A stretch of DNA of 64,000 nt from Mycobacteriales bacterium (GTDB lineage: Bacteria; Actinomycetota; Actinomycetes; Mycobacteriales; JBJMIH01). The stretch spans positions 7,567-71,566 of the forward strand of contig JBJMIH010000166.1 in assembly GCA_045806985.1 (NCBI GenBank), written 5' to 3'. This document shows positions 55,612 to 64,000 of the stretch, piece by piece (the first letter of the stretch is position 1; each line of letters begins with the position of its first letter). The notes beneath the pieces are model-generated. The model was not told where the DNA came from. It made no database searches and saw only the letters and a list, made by a program, of their open reading frames with translations. The position numbers and the translations under genes are program-made.

Positions 55612-56291
55612 GCGGTCACCCACTCCGAGTCGGCCACGACCCGCCCGTCGCGCATCTCGACCTGCCGGGGCAGGCTCGCCGCGATGTCCCGGTCGTGGGT
55701 GATGATCACCACGGTGGTGCCGGACAGGTTGAGCTGGCGCAGCAGGTTCATCAGGTCGGCGCCGGCGGCCGAGTCCAGGTTGCCGGTCGGCTCGTCGGCC
55801 AGCAGCAGCGCCGGCTCGCCGACCACCGCCCTGGCGATCGCGACCCGCTGCCGCTCGCCGCCGGACAGCTCGTGCGGCCGGTGGTCGAGCCGGTGGCCGA
55901 GGCCGACGCGCTCCAGCGCGACCCGCGCCCGCCGCCGCCGCTCGCCCACCGGCACCCCGGCGTACAGCAGGCCGTCGGCGACGTTGTCGACCGCGGCGAC
56001 CCCGGCCGCCAGGTGGAACTGCTGGAACACGAACCCGATCCGGGCCGCCCGCAGTGCGGACAGCTCGCGGTCGGACAGCCCGGCGATGTCGTGCCCGTCG
56101 ACCCGTACCGTCCCGCCGGACGGCCGGTCCAGCGTGCCGATCAGGTGCAGCATGGTCGACTTTCCCGAGCCCGACGGCCCGACCACGGCCACCAGCTCGC
56201 CGTACCGGATCCGCAGCGAGGCCCGGCGCAGCGCCGCCACCCCGCCCTGGTACGTCCGGCTCACGTCCTCCAGGTCCACGACGCAGGTCAT
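55608..56291 (-). CDS. ABC transporter ATP-binding protein
   Basis: Walker [10 protein letters not shown], signature [14 protein letters not shown], Walker B LLLADEPT. Confidence 0.9.
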   Translation of the reverse strand: MTCVVDLEDVSRTYQGGVAALRRASLRIRYGELVAVVGPSGSGKSTMLHLIGTLDRPSGGTVRVDGHDIAGLSDRELSALRAARIGFVFQQFHLAAGVAAVDNVADGLLYAGVPVGERRRRARVALERVGLGHRLDHRPHELSGGERQRVAIARAVVGEPALLLADEPTGNLDSAAGADLMNLLRQLNLSGTTVVIITHDRDIAASLPRQVEMRDGRVVADSEWVTA

Positions 56292-57376
56292 TTCGGCACC
56301 CCCACCAGCGTGCCCTCGGTGATACCGTCGCCGCTGACCTCGACCCGGCCGCCGGCGAACAGCCCGGTCTTCACGGCCACGATCCTCGCGGTGCCGCCCT
56401 GCACGACCTGCACGCCGTACCCGCCCTCGGCCAGCGCCAGCAGCGCGTCCACCGGAACGGCGAGCACGTTCTCCCGCGAGCTGACCACCACCGTGACCTT
56501 GACCGGCGCCTCGTTGTACGCGCCGAGCTTGCTCTGGTCGTCCAGGCTGACCACCACGTCGATCACGGTGGTCGTGTTGTCGCCGCTGCCCTCGGTGCGG
56601 GCGACGTTGCTGATGCTGGCGATCTTGCCGGCCGCGGTCGTCCCGTCCGGCAGCCGGACGGTCACCGCCGCGCCGACCTTGACCAGGTTCTGCTTGGACG
56701 CGGCGAGGGCGACGGAGACCTGCCGGGTGGTGCCGGTCCAGGTCAGCAGCGGGCCGCCGGCCTGGTCGCCGACCTGCGCCTTCAGCTCGTTCACCCGGAT
56801 CGGACCCGGCGTGTACACGACGGCGCCCGGCTGCACGGTGCCGGTCTTGTCCAGCCCCAGGTCGCCCTGCCAGTCCTTGACCGCCGCCGCCGTGGCCGCG
56901 TTGTAGGTGTCGTCCACGGTGAAGCCGGTGTACCCGAGGGCGGCCAGGTTCTGCTCGAACTGCCGGACGTCGTCGCCCTTCACACCGGGCCCGAGCGGGC
57001 GGTAGAACGGCAGGCTGCCGTACAGCAGCACGACCGAGTGGCCGTCCAGCGCGCAGATCGGCTTGCCGCGGGTGAGGGTGGCGCCGGCGGCCGGCAGCCA
57101 CGTGACGGTGCCCTGGCCGCGCACGGCGACGTTCGTCGCGGTGCCGTAGCCGAGCGTGCCGTCGACGTCCTCGGTCTCGGTCAGCGTGGTCCTGACCACC
57201 TTGGCGGTGGCCGGCGGCAGCGTGCGGTGCGTGGTGCCGCCGGCGTCGCGCCCGCCGAACCCGAAGGCCGCGGCGGAGATGCCGGCCACGGCGACCGCGG
57301 TGGTGCCGGCGACGACCACGGTCCGGGCCCGGCGCCGGCGCCGCCGCGGGGCCTCCGTACCCAGTTCCTCGCTCAT
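56288..57376 (-). CDS. periplasmic-adaptor (HlyD-like) protein with a peptidoglycan-binding domain
   Basis: TM anchor, [35 protein letters not shown] (PG_binding_1-like), and beta-barrel-like C-terminal segments. ATGA overlaps at both ends. Confidence 0.7.
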   Translation of the reverse strand: MSEELGTEAPRRRRRRARTVVVAGTTAVAVAGISAAAFGFGGRDAGGTTHRTLPPATAKVVRTTLTETEDVDGTLGYGTATNVAVRGQGTVTWLPAAGATLTRGKPICALDGHSVVLLYGSLPFYRPLGPGVKGDDVRQFEQNLAALGYTGFTVDDTYNAATAAAVKDWQGDLGLDKTGTVQPGAVVYTPGPIRVNELKAQVGDQAGGPLLTWTGTTRQVSVALAASKQNLVKVGAAVTVRLPDGTTAAGKIASISNVARTEGSGDNTTTVIDVVVSLDDQSKLGAYNEAPVKVTVVVSSRENVLAVPVDALLALAEGGYGVQVVQGGTARIVAVKTGLFAGGRVEVSGDGITEGTLVGVPK

Positions 57377-57948
57377 CGCGGGCCCATCCCGCTCGGCATC
57401 AGCTTGTGGCACGCCTTGTCGGCCTTGGCCCACTGCGGGTTGTCGGGACCCATGTCCATGGTGCCGGCCTTGTCGTCGCCGCTGCCGGGGCCGGCCGACT
57501 GGAGGACCTGGCCCTGCGCGTTCGGGTCGGGCATGTCAATGCCGTGCTGGCGCATGCACTTGGAGTACTTCTGGAGCTTCGCGACGTCCGCGGGGCTCAG
57601 CTTGGGCGGGTCGCCGCCGCCGGGCAGGAAGCTCTTGCACGCCTCCTGGGCCTGCTGCTGCGCCTGCTCGTCACCGGGGTGGCCCTTGACCGTCAACGGC
57701 CCGTTGGGATCCGGGTCGGGCATGTCCACGCCGTGGTCGCGCATGCACTTGGCGTACTTGAGCTCCGCCTCGTGCCGGTCGGTGGACGAGATGGCGCTCG
57801 CCGTCGCCTTGGCCTTCGCCTTGCCGTCGGCGGACGCGATCCCGTTGTCGTTGCTCTTGCCGCCGCAGCCGGCCAGCCCCCACCCGAGCGCCAGGAGCAG
57901 CCCCAGCACTGCCAGGCCCGCGGCCGGAGGGCCGATTCTCGCTCGCAT
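57373..57948 (-). CDS. lipoprotein with duplicated Cys-containing motif
   Basis: ATG 57948 after GAGAGGA. Lipobox [22 protein letters not shown] and [15 protein letters not shown] repeats. First gene of the four-gene export operon. Confidence 0.6.
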   Translation of the reverse strand: MRARIGPPAAGLAVLGLLLALGWGLAGCGGKSNDNGIASADGKAKAKATASAISSTDRHEAELKYAKCMRDHGVDMPDPDPNGPLTVKGHPGDEQAQQQAQEACKSFLPGGGDPPKLSPADVAKLQKYSKCMRQHGIDMPDPNAQGQVLQSAGPGSGDDKAGTMDMGPDNPQWAKADKACHKLMPSGMGPR

Positions 57949-58065
57949 GATGATCCTCTCCTTCACCGGCCGACCTGGCCGGTACCGCGTCCATTGGAGG
58001 CGGCGGGGGGTCAGGCGGGCGTCAATGCCGGTCCTTATCCCGAGCTGACACCGGCCTGGGGCACC

Positions 58066-58752
58066 ATGAACCGCGAGGCGGAAGGCGGTGAGCGGGTGCG
58101 GATCCTGGTCGTCGAGGACGAGCGGCTGATGGCCGACGCGATCGCGGAGGGCCTGCGGCGGGAGTCGCTGGCCGTGGACGTGGTGTACGACGGCGACGCC
58201 GCGCTGGAACGGCTGGGGGTGAACGAGTACGACGTGGTCGTGCTCGACCGTGACCTGCCGGTCGTGTCCGGCGACGAGGTGTGCCGGGCGCTGGTCGACT
58301 CCGGCGCCCTCACCAGGGTGCTGATGCTGACCGCCGCCACCGCGGTGGGCCGGCGGGTGGAGGGCCTGGCCCTGGGCGCGGACGACTACCTCGGCAAGCC
58401 GTTCGCCTTCGCCGAGCTGGTGGCCAGGGTGCGGGCGCTCGGCCGACGGTCCCGGCCGCCGGCGCCGCCGGTGTACGAGCGGGCCGGCATCCGCCTGGAC
58501 CCGAACCGGCGCGAGGTGTACCGGGACGGGCACTACGTCGGGCTGTCCCGCAAGGAGTTCGCCGTGCTGGAGGAGCTGCTGCGGGCCGGCGGCGGGGTGG
58601 TGTCCGCGGAGCAGCTGCTGGAACGGGCGTGGGACGAGCACATCGATCCGTTCACGAATGTGGTGCGGATGACGGTGATGACGCTGCGCCGCAAGCTGGG
58701 TGAGCCGCAGGTGGTGGAGACGGTGGCGGGAGCGGGGTACCGGATACGATGA
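58066..58752 (+). CDS. OmpR-family response regulator
   Basis: VRILVVEDE..VVVLDRDLP receiver plus a winged-helix output (LSRKEFAVLEELL...NVVRMTVMTLRRKLG...GAGYRI). Confidence 0.9.
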   Translation: MNREAEGGERVRILVVEDERLMADAIAEGLRRESLAVDVVYDGDAALERLGVNEYDVVVLDRDLPVVSGDEVCRALVDSGALTRVLMLTAATAVGRRVEGLALGADDYLGKPFAFAELVARVRALGRRSRPPAPPVYERAGIRLDPNRREVYRDGHYVGLSRKEFAVLEELLRAGGGVVSAEQLLERAWDEHIDPFTNVVRMTVMTLRRKLGEPQVVETVAGAGYRIR

Positions 58753-59957
58753 GAAACTGGACAATTCGGACTCGACTGACCGTGATCTACTGCGGTCTCT
58801 TCCTGCTCGGCACCGCCGCCGTCCTCGGCCTCACGTACGTGCTCGTGCAGCGCAGCCTGGACAGCCGGGCGGCGGGCGGCCAGATGCAGGTCACTCAGGG
58901 GCCGGACTCCCCGTCCGGCAGGCCGGGCGACATCCAGGGGACGGTGCTGGTCAACGGGAAGCCGGTGACCACCAACCAGCTGTCCGGCGTCATCGACGCG
59001 CAGAACCACCAGTTCCGCGACGACACGCTGAACTCCCTGCTCACGCAGGGCGGGATTGCGCTGGGCGGGGTGGGGGTGGCGGCGGTCGGGTTCGGCTGGC
59101 TGATGACCGACCGGGTGCTGCGACCGCTGCACAAGATCACCGACACCGCGCGCCGGGTCGCCGGCGGCAACCTGCGCGAGCGCATCGCGCTGGCCGGGCC
59201 GCGGGACGAGATCAAGGAACTCGCCGACACGTTCGACTCGATGCTGGAGCGGCTCGACCGGTCCTTCGACAGCCAGCGACGCTTCGTGTCCAACGCCTCG
59301 CACGAGTTGCGCACGCCGCTGGCGATCAACCACACGCTGCTCGAGGTGGCGATGGGTCGCCCGGACGCGCCGCCGCAGCTCATCCAGCTCGGGGAGACGT
59401 TGCTGGCGGTGAACACCAGGCACGAGCGGCTGATCGACGGGCTGCTCACCCTCGCCAGGTCCGAGCAGGGCGTCACCGAGCGCGACCCGGTCGACCTCGC
59501 CGAGATCACCCGGTTCGTGCTCGACCAGAGCGACGCGGGCGCGGTACGGCTGGTCAGCGAGCTCGACCCGGCGCCGACCGCCGGCGAGCCGATCCTGCTG
59601 GAACGGATCGTGCAGAACCTGGTGCAGAACGGGATCACCTACAACGTCGAGGACGGCTGGGTGTCGGTCACCACCGCGACCCGCGGCGACACGGTCGAGC
59701 TCACCGTCACCAACACCGGGCCGGTGGTGCCGGGGTACGAGATCCCCGGCCTGTTCGAGCCGTTCCGCCGGCTCCAGGACCGGGTGGTGTCCGGGCGCGG
59801 CACCGGGCTGGGGCTGTCGATCGTCCGGTCCGTCGCCCGCGCCCACGGTGGCGACGTGGCCGCCTGGCCGCGCGACGGCGGCGGCCTCGTCGTCCGCGTC
59901 ACCCTGACCCGCCACGACCAGCCCAGCGAGGTTGTCGCGCCGGTGGCCGGCCCGTGA
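58749..59957 (+). CDS. sensor histidine kinase (HAMP + HisKA + HATPase)
   Basis: Two TM segments, SNASHELRTPLA H-box, QNLVQNGITYN, GTGLGLSIVRSVARAHGG. ATGA overlap with the regulator stop. Confidence 0.85.
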   Translation: MRNWTIRTRLTVIYCGLFLLGTAAVLGLTYVLVQRSLDSRAAGGQMQVTQGPDSPSGRPGDIQGTVLVNGKPVTTNQLSGVIDAQNHQFRDDTLNSLLTQGGIALGGVGVAAVGFGWLMTDRVLRPLHKITDTARRVAGGNLRERIALAGPRDEIKELADTFDSMLERLDRSFDSQRRFVSNASHELRTPLAINHTLLEVAMGRPDAPPQLIQLGETLLAVNTRHERLIDGLLTLARSEQGVTERDPVDLAEITRFVLDQSDAGAVRLVSELDPAPTAGEPILLERIVQNLVQNGITYNVEDGWVSVTTATRGDTVELTVTNTGPVVPGYEIPGLFEPFRRLQDRVVSGRGTGLGLSIVRSVARAHGGDVAAWPRDGGGLVVRVTLTRHDQPSEVVAPVAGP

Positions 59958-60511
59958 CGGCGGAGGTCGAGGTCGGGCTGCTGCCGGCCGGCGCGGCGGT
60001 GGACGGCGCGCTCGTCGCCGAGCTCACCGCGCTGGTCAACCGGGTGTACGCGGTGGCGGAGGACGGGCTGTGGGCCGACGGCGCCGCCCGTACCACCGAG
60101 GCGGAGATGGCCGGGCTGGTCGCGGCCGGCGAGATCGCGGTGGCCCGGGCGGAGGGCGGCGGGATCGCCGGCGCCGTCCGGGTTCAGCGGCTGGCCAGCG
60201 GCGAGGGGGAGTTCGGGATGCTGGTCGCCGCGCCGGAGTACCGGGGTGCCGGCGTCGGCCGGGCGCTGGTGGCCTTCGCCGAGGAGTGGTGCCTCGACCG
60301 GGACCTGACCACCCTGCAACTGGAACTGCTCGTCCCGCGTGGCTGGTCGCACCCGGTCAAGGAGTTCCTGCGCGCCTGGTACACCCGGCTCGGGTACCGG
60401 CCCGTCCGTACCGGACGCATCGACGACAGTTACCCGGCGCTGGCGCCGCTGCTCGCGACACCGTGCGATTTCGTCGTCTACCACAAGGATCTGGGACGTC
60501 CGGTGGGTTGA
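59954..60511 (+). CDS. GNAT-family N-acetyltransferase
   Basis: GTGA overlap with the kinase stop. FGMLVAAPEYRGAGVGRALV acetyl-CoA motif A. Confidence 0.75.
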   Translation: MTAEVEVGLLPAGAAVDGALVAELTALVNRVYAVAEDGLWADGAARTTEAEMAGLVAAGEIAVARAEGGGIAGAVRVQRLASGEGEFGMLVAAPEYRGAGVGRALVAFAEEWCLDRDLTTLQLELLVPRGWSHPVKEFLRAWYTRLGYRPVRTGRIDDSYPALAPLLATPCDFVVYHKDLGRPVG

Positions 60512-60538
60512 CAATCCTCCCCAAATAGGGGGAAATGA

Positions 60539-60605
60539 GTGAGAGCGCTCTCACCGCTACCTTGGCCCGCCCGAGGGGTGCTCTAGCGGTGGGAGCGCTC
60601 CCACC
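60539..60605. promoter_or_regulatory. two CebR/CelR-type palindromes (GTGAGAGCGCTCTCAC at 60539-60554; GGTGGGAGCGCTCCCACC at 60588-60605)
   Basis: Both are perfect palindromes, read directly. The second contains the published 14-bp CebR/CelR operator TGGGAGCGCTCCCA. A perfect TTGACA hexamer sits at 60508-60513. Confidence 0.5.
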
Positions 60606-60637
60606 CCACGGCGCCTCCCCGCGGTTGACCGCGCCGA

Positions 60638-60673
60638 ACGCGGGTGCCGTCCGCGGAGGGACGGCACCCGCGT
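60638..60673. terminator. strong GC-rich hairpin (15-bp perfect stem, 6-nt loop) between convergent genes
   Basis: ACGCGGGTGCCGTCC (60638-60652) pairs with GGACGGCACCCGCGT (60659-60673). Confidence 0.6.
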
Positions 60674-60759
60674 CACCGCCCCACATGCCCCACGCCACCG
60701 GCGCCGCCCGTACGCCCACCCCCCAACCCCCGCTTTCCCCCACAGCGACGGGTGCCGAT

Positions 60760-61965
60760 TCACGGTGGGGGGAGCGGGACCCAGGCTTGGAGCTGGGTGC
60801 CCTGGTGGGGGGCGGAGTGCAGGGTGAGGTGGCCGCCGACGTCTTCGACGCGGGCGCGGATGGAGCGGGCCAAGCCGAAGCCGGTGGTGGGCTGGCTGGG
60901 GTCGAAGCCCTGGCCGGCGTCCACTATGGATACCGCGATGCCGTCGTTCTCGACGCCGGCCCAGACGGTGGCGGAGCGTACGCCGGCGTGCTTGTGCACG
61001 TTGGTGAGGGCCTCGTAGGCGGCGCCGGCGAGGGCCTCGATCAGCGCGGCGGGTAGCTGGCGGTACCGGCTGCCGGGCTCGCCGAGGCCGGCGCTGGTGA
61101 AGTTGATCCGCAGGCCGTCGCGGGTCTTCTGCACCACCACGTCGTGCAGCGCGCTGACCAGGTCGTCGGGTACGGCCGCCTCGCCGCCCTCGACGAGCGC
61201 CCGCAGCCACGCCGCCTCGCCGCGGATGTGCCGGTGTACCTCGTCGTCGCTGACCCACTGGCCCTGCGCCAGCATCTCCAGCGTCTGGAGCACCCGGTCG
61301 TGCAGCAGCCGGGCGTGCCGGGCCCGCTCCTTCTCCCGCGCCAGTTCGGCCGACCGCAGCTCCGCCACCGCCCTGCTCGCGTCCAGTTCCTCGGCGGACC
61401 TGTCGAACGCCCTGGTCACCGCCCACGCCACCGGGGTGGTGAGCAGGTAGCTGGCGGCGTTCGGCACGGTGTTCCACACCGGGTCGTGCGCGATGGCGAC
61501 GGCGGTGTACGCGTAGCTGCCGGCCACCACCCACGTCGCCGCGAACACCGACAGGAAGTGCCGGTACGCGATGCCGATGACCAGTGCCGTGACGATCGTG
61601 TACGGGTACATGAAGAAGCCGGCCCACGTGTGCAGGTTCGAGTCCCGCTCGATCAGCCGGTTCGCGATCAGGCCGGCGCCGGCGAACACCACGTCGGCGG
61701 TGATGTACGCCGGCACCAGCCGGCCGGCCCGCCAGCACGCGGCGACCAGGACGGCGCTTTCCAGCGCGACGATGGCGGCCAGCGCCTCCAGCGGTCCCGC
61801 CGTCATGCCGCCCTTGTTCCAGCCGACCGCGATGGCGGCGGTCACGTTGAGGATGCCGCCCAGCCGGGTGAGCGCGAGCGCCACCACCTTCAGGCGCTGG
61901 GTGTTGGCGACCGCCGAGTCGGCCGGCCGGAACCGGAACCGACCCAGCAGTTCCACCGCCGTCAC
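60760..61965 (-). CDS. sensor histidine kinase (HisKA_3 type, multi-TM)
   Basis: GTGA overlap with the regulator stop. Six or so TM helices, H-box RLLHDRVLQTLEML, and an ATPase domain (EALTNVHKHAG..IVDAGQGFDP..GFGLARSI). Confidence 0.8.
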   Translation of the reverse strand: MTAVELLGRFRFRPADSAVANTQRLKVVALALTRLGGILNVTAAIAVGWNKGGMTAGPLEALAAIVALESAVLVAACWRAGRLVPAYITADVVFAGAGLIANRLIERDSNLHTWAGFFMYPYTIVTALVIGIAYRHFLSVFAATWVVAGSYAYTAVAIAHDPVWNTVPNAASYLLTTPVAWAVTRAFDRSAEELDASRAVAELRSAELAREKERARHARLLHDRVLQTLEMLAQGQWVSDDEVHRHIRGEAAWLRALVEGGEAAVPDDLVSALHDVVVQKTRDGLRINFTSAGLGEPGSRYRQLPAALIEALAGAAYEALTNVHKHAGVRSATVWAGVENDGIAVSIVDAGQGFDPSQPTTGFGLARSIRARVEDVGGHLTLHSAPHQGTQLQAWVPLPPP

Positions 61966-62609
61966 CGGTCCGCGCCGCCGAGCAGGTCGATCGCGGCCCT
62001 GGTGAGTTCGGCCTTGTTCCCCAGTTGCAGCTTGGCGCGGATGCGCTCCACGTACGTGTCCACGGTCGCCTTCGTCACGGCCATGCGGGTCGCCGTCTGC
62101 GCATGGGTGTACCCGCGGGCGATGTAGCTCAAAGCTTCCCGCTCGCGCGGGGACAGCTCGGCGGCCTTCCCGGGCTTCTTCGCCGGTGCCGTACCGCTCG
62201 GGGCCGGCGCGGCCAGCTCGGCCTGCAGGATGTCGGCGAGCTCGGCGGACAGGGCGAAACCGCCGGTCGCGACCGTCTGCACCGACGACACCAGCATCTC
62301 CGGCTCGGCGCTCTTGGTCAGGTACCCGTTGGCGCCGGCCCGGATCACCGCGACCACGTCGGCGGGGACGCGGGACGCCGACAGCACCAGCACCCTGGTG
62401 TGCGGGCGCAGGGCGCGTACCGCGTCCGTGCACGGCACCCCGTCGGCCAGGTACAGGTCGAGGATCACCAGGTCGAGCGCGCGCGGGTCGGGCAGCTCGG
62501 CGACCGTGGCGACCGAGGCGGTCACCGTCAGGTCCTCGATTCCGGCCAGCACGGATTCGACGCCACGGCGGGCGAGCGGGTGGTCGTCGACGATCGCGAG
62601 CCGGATCAC
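61962..62609 (-). CDS. NarL/LuxR-family response regulator
   Basis: VIRLAIVDDHPL...LVILDLYLADG receiver, and LSPREREALSYIARGYTHAQTATRMAVTKATVDTYVERIRAK HTH. Confidence 0.85.
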   Translation of the reverse strand: MIRLAIVDDHPLARRGVESVLAGIEDLTVTASVATVAELPDPRALDLVILDLYLADGVPCTDAVRALRPHTRVLVLSASRVPADVVAVIRAGANGYLTKSAEPEMLVSSVQTVATGGFALSAELADILQAELAAPAPSGTAPAKKPGKAAELSPREREALSYIARGYTHAQTATRMAVTKATVDTYVERIRAKLQLGNKAELTRAAIDLLGGADR

Positions 62610-62628
62610 GCCCAGATAGTTCCAAACA

Positions 62629-63288
62629 GTGACACGCCGTGTCGAGCCTGTGGTGCTTTTGGCGGACAACGGACCGACTGTCCGCACGCGCCGGCTCCCG
62701 CCAGGCTTCGGGGAGCCGGCGTTCGGCCGGGTACCAGGTCCGGACGGAGGTGGCTCCCGAGTGCCCCCGGAAGGCGGGACGCCGGCCGGCGAGGCCGACG
62801 TGGCAGCCCTGGCCCGGCTGGTGGCCGCGCAGCGCCGGGAGCTGGACGAGCTGCGTGCCGACGTGCACGCCCTGCTCGGCCGGGTCGACCAGGCGTTCGG
62901 CCGGCTCGGGGCGGAACTCGCCGCGCTGCGGGCCGGACCGCGGCCGGCGGAGCCCGTCGGCACCGGGCTCGCGGCGACGACGTGGACGGCCCTCGGCGGG
63001 TGGGTGGCCTGGTTGCACGAGCGGTACCCGCTCGGCCGCCAGGTTCCCCCGTGCTGGTGGCGGCACCCGGCGGTGGTGCAGGAACAGGTCGCGCTGCGGG
63101 CCGGATGGCTGGCCGCCCTGGACGCGGCCGGCGGCGCGGTGCTGGACTGGCAGGAGCGCCTGCCTGCCGCGCTCGAGCGGATCGGCGGGTGGCTGCCGGC
63201 GGCGTGCCTGGACGGCCACCACGCCGACGACCCGCCCGCACCCGCGCCGATCGACGATCCGGGCGCGTACCCCGACGGCGTGCTCTGA
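62629..63288 (+). CDS. hypothetical protein, DUF4913-like
   Basis: Coiled-coil LARLVAAQRRELDELRADVHALLGRV, then WVAWLHERYPLGRQVPPCWWRHPAVVQEQVALRAGWLAAL. This recalls the W..CWw.H...v.EL.AL..aW pattern of DUF4913 proteins from actinobacterial conjugative elements. The start is uncertain. Confidence 0.4.
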   Translation: MTRRVEPVVLLADNGPTVRTRRLPPGFGEPAFGRVPGPDGGGSRVPPEGGTPAGEADVAALARLVAAQRRELDELRADVHALLGRVDQAFGRLGAELAALRAGPRPAEPVGTGLAATTWTALGGWVAWLHERYPLGRQVPPCWWRHPAVVQEQVALRAGWLAALDAAGGAVLDWQERLPAALERIGGWLPAACLDGHHADDPPAPAPIDDPGAYPDGVL

Positions 63289-63301
63289 CGGCGTGCTCTG
63301 A

Positions 63302-63976
63302 CTACGCCAGCACGACCCGGATCTGCCGGATGCGGTACCCGGCCCTGGCGAACGCGGCGGCCATCGGGGCGTTGCCCTGGTCGGTGTCGGCCATGATCCG
63401 TTCAGCGCCCTCGGCGATCAGCAGCGCGGTGCCCTCGGCGAGCAGGTCGCCGGCGTACCCGTGGCCGCGCTGCTCGGGCACCACGCCGACGAAGCCGATG
63501 ACCGGCGTGGTGTAGTTGCGGCTCGGCATGACCAGGCCGGCGAGCGAGCCGTCCGGGGTGTACCCGAGCCGCCACCAGTCCGGCGGGCCGGGCAGTTCGC
63601 GCATGCCGTCGAGGAGGTCCCTGGCGGCGGCTTCCACGCCGTTGCGGGCGATCTCCCTGCGGGTGTGGGCGTCCAGCGTGCCGGCGCTGATCCGGCGCAG
63701 CGCGTCCAGCACCTCCTCGTCGCCGCCGGCCGGCCGCAGCTCCAGCCGGCCGGTGCGGGCCGGCGCGGGGTCCTGGCCCGCCGTCCACCGGTAGTTCCAC
63801 CGTTCCACCAACGGCGTCCACCCTGCCGCGCCGGCGGCCGCCAGCCGGTCCTCGCCGGCCGCCCGCACCGCCGGGTCGTCGCGCCAGTGCGGCGGCAGGA
63901 ACAGGTGGTACTCGGGCCGCTCGCCGCCGGCCGTGCGCATGACCGTGTCGGCGGTGGAGAGCAGGCGGGAGCCCAC
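63302..63976 (-). CDS. GNAT-family N-acetyltransferase (5' end may extend beyond the window)
   Basis: VIGFVGVVPEQRGHGYAGDLL motif A. The frame stays open upstream of GTG 63976 to the window edge. Confidence 0.6.
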   Translation of the reverse strand: MGSRLLSTADTVMRTAGGERPEYHLFLPPHWRDDPAVRAAGEDRLAAAGAAGWTPLVERWNYRWTAGQDPAPARTGRLELRPAGGDEEVLDALRRISAGTLDAHTRREIARNGVEAAARDLLDGMRELPGPPDWWRLGYTPDGSLAGLVMPSRNYTTPVIGFVGVVPEQRGHGYAGDLLAEGTALLIAEGAERIMADTDQGNAPMAAAFARAGYRIRQIRVVLA

Positions 63977-64000
63977 CTCGATCCGGTCCGGCCCGTCGCC

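Noticed and set aside
60535-61056. A 173-aa plus-strand ORF that starts right after the TTGACA/palindrome region.
   Set aside because: Pro/Ala/Gly-rich translation that overlaps the histidine kinase antisense for about 300 nt. Its apparent RBS spacing is too short. It is more likely non-coding.

Overview
Very high-GC actinobacterial chromosomal DNA; Micromonosporaceae/Streptomyces-like gene content, taxon is inference only. About 70 supportable genes. There are no rRNA or tRNA genes and no CRISPR array. The right two thirds (about 21-64 kb) is mostly ordinary regulatory and housekeeping-type content. It holds three two-component systems, a MacB-type ABC/adaptor/lipoprotein export operon, a Ser/Thr kinase and a divergent pair of NB-ARC/TPR (STAND) regulators, one SARP-type and one XRE-type. 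It also holds HxlR-NmrA and TetR modules, two SAM methyltransferases, a phosphotriesterase/acyl-CoA ligase operon, two GNATs and a HigBA-like TA pair. A nested insertion sits at 48.7-51.0 kb: an IS110-family element inside an IS5-family element. The left third (1-21 kb) is an accessory mosaic showing clear gene decay. It contains a secreted NucA/NucB DNase with a ComJ/Nin-like inhibitor, a frameshifted PKD protein and a stop-interrupted membrane protein. Two ~200-bp direct copies of an excisionase-like segment bracket about 12.3 kb. That bracketed block carries a diglycine-terminated ubiquitin-like ORF coupled to a DUF4132-type giant protein. It also carries a toxin/immunity-like array: an orphan RHS tip with a PD-(D/E)xK nuclease plus a DUF1877 gene, and an LQRxAGN-motif protein plus a HEAT-repeat gene. 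Domain calls come from motif recognition by eye, with no database search. In this GC range many long track ORFs are antisense shadows and were not called.
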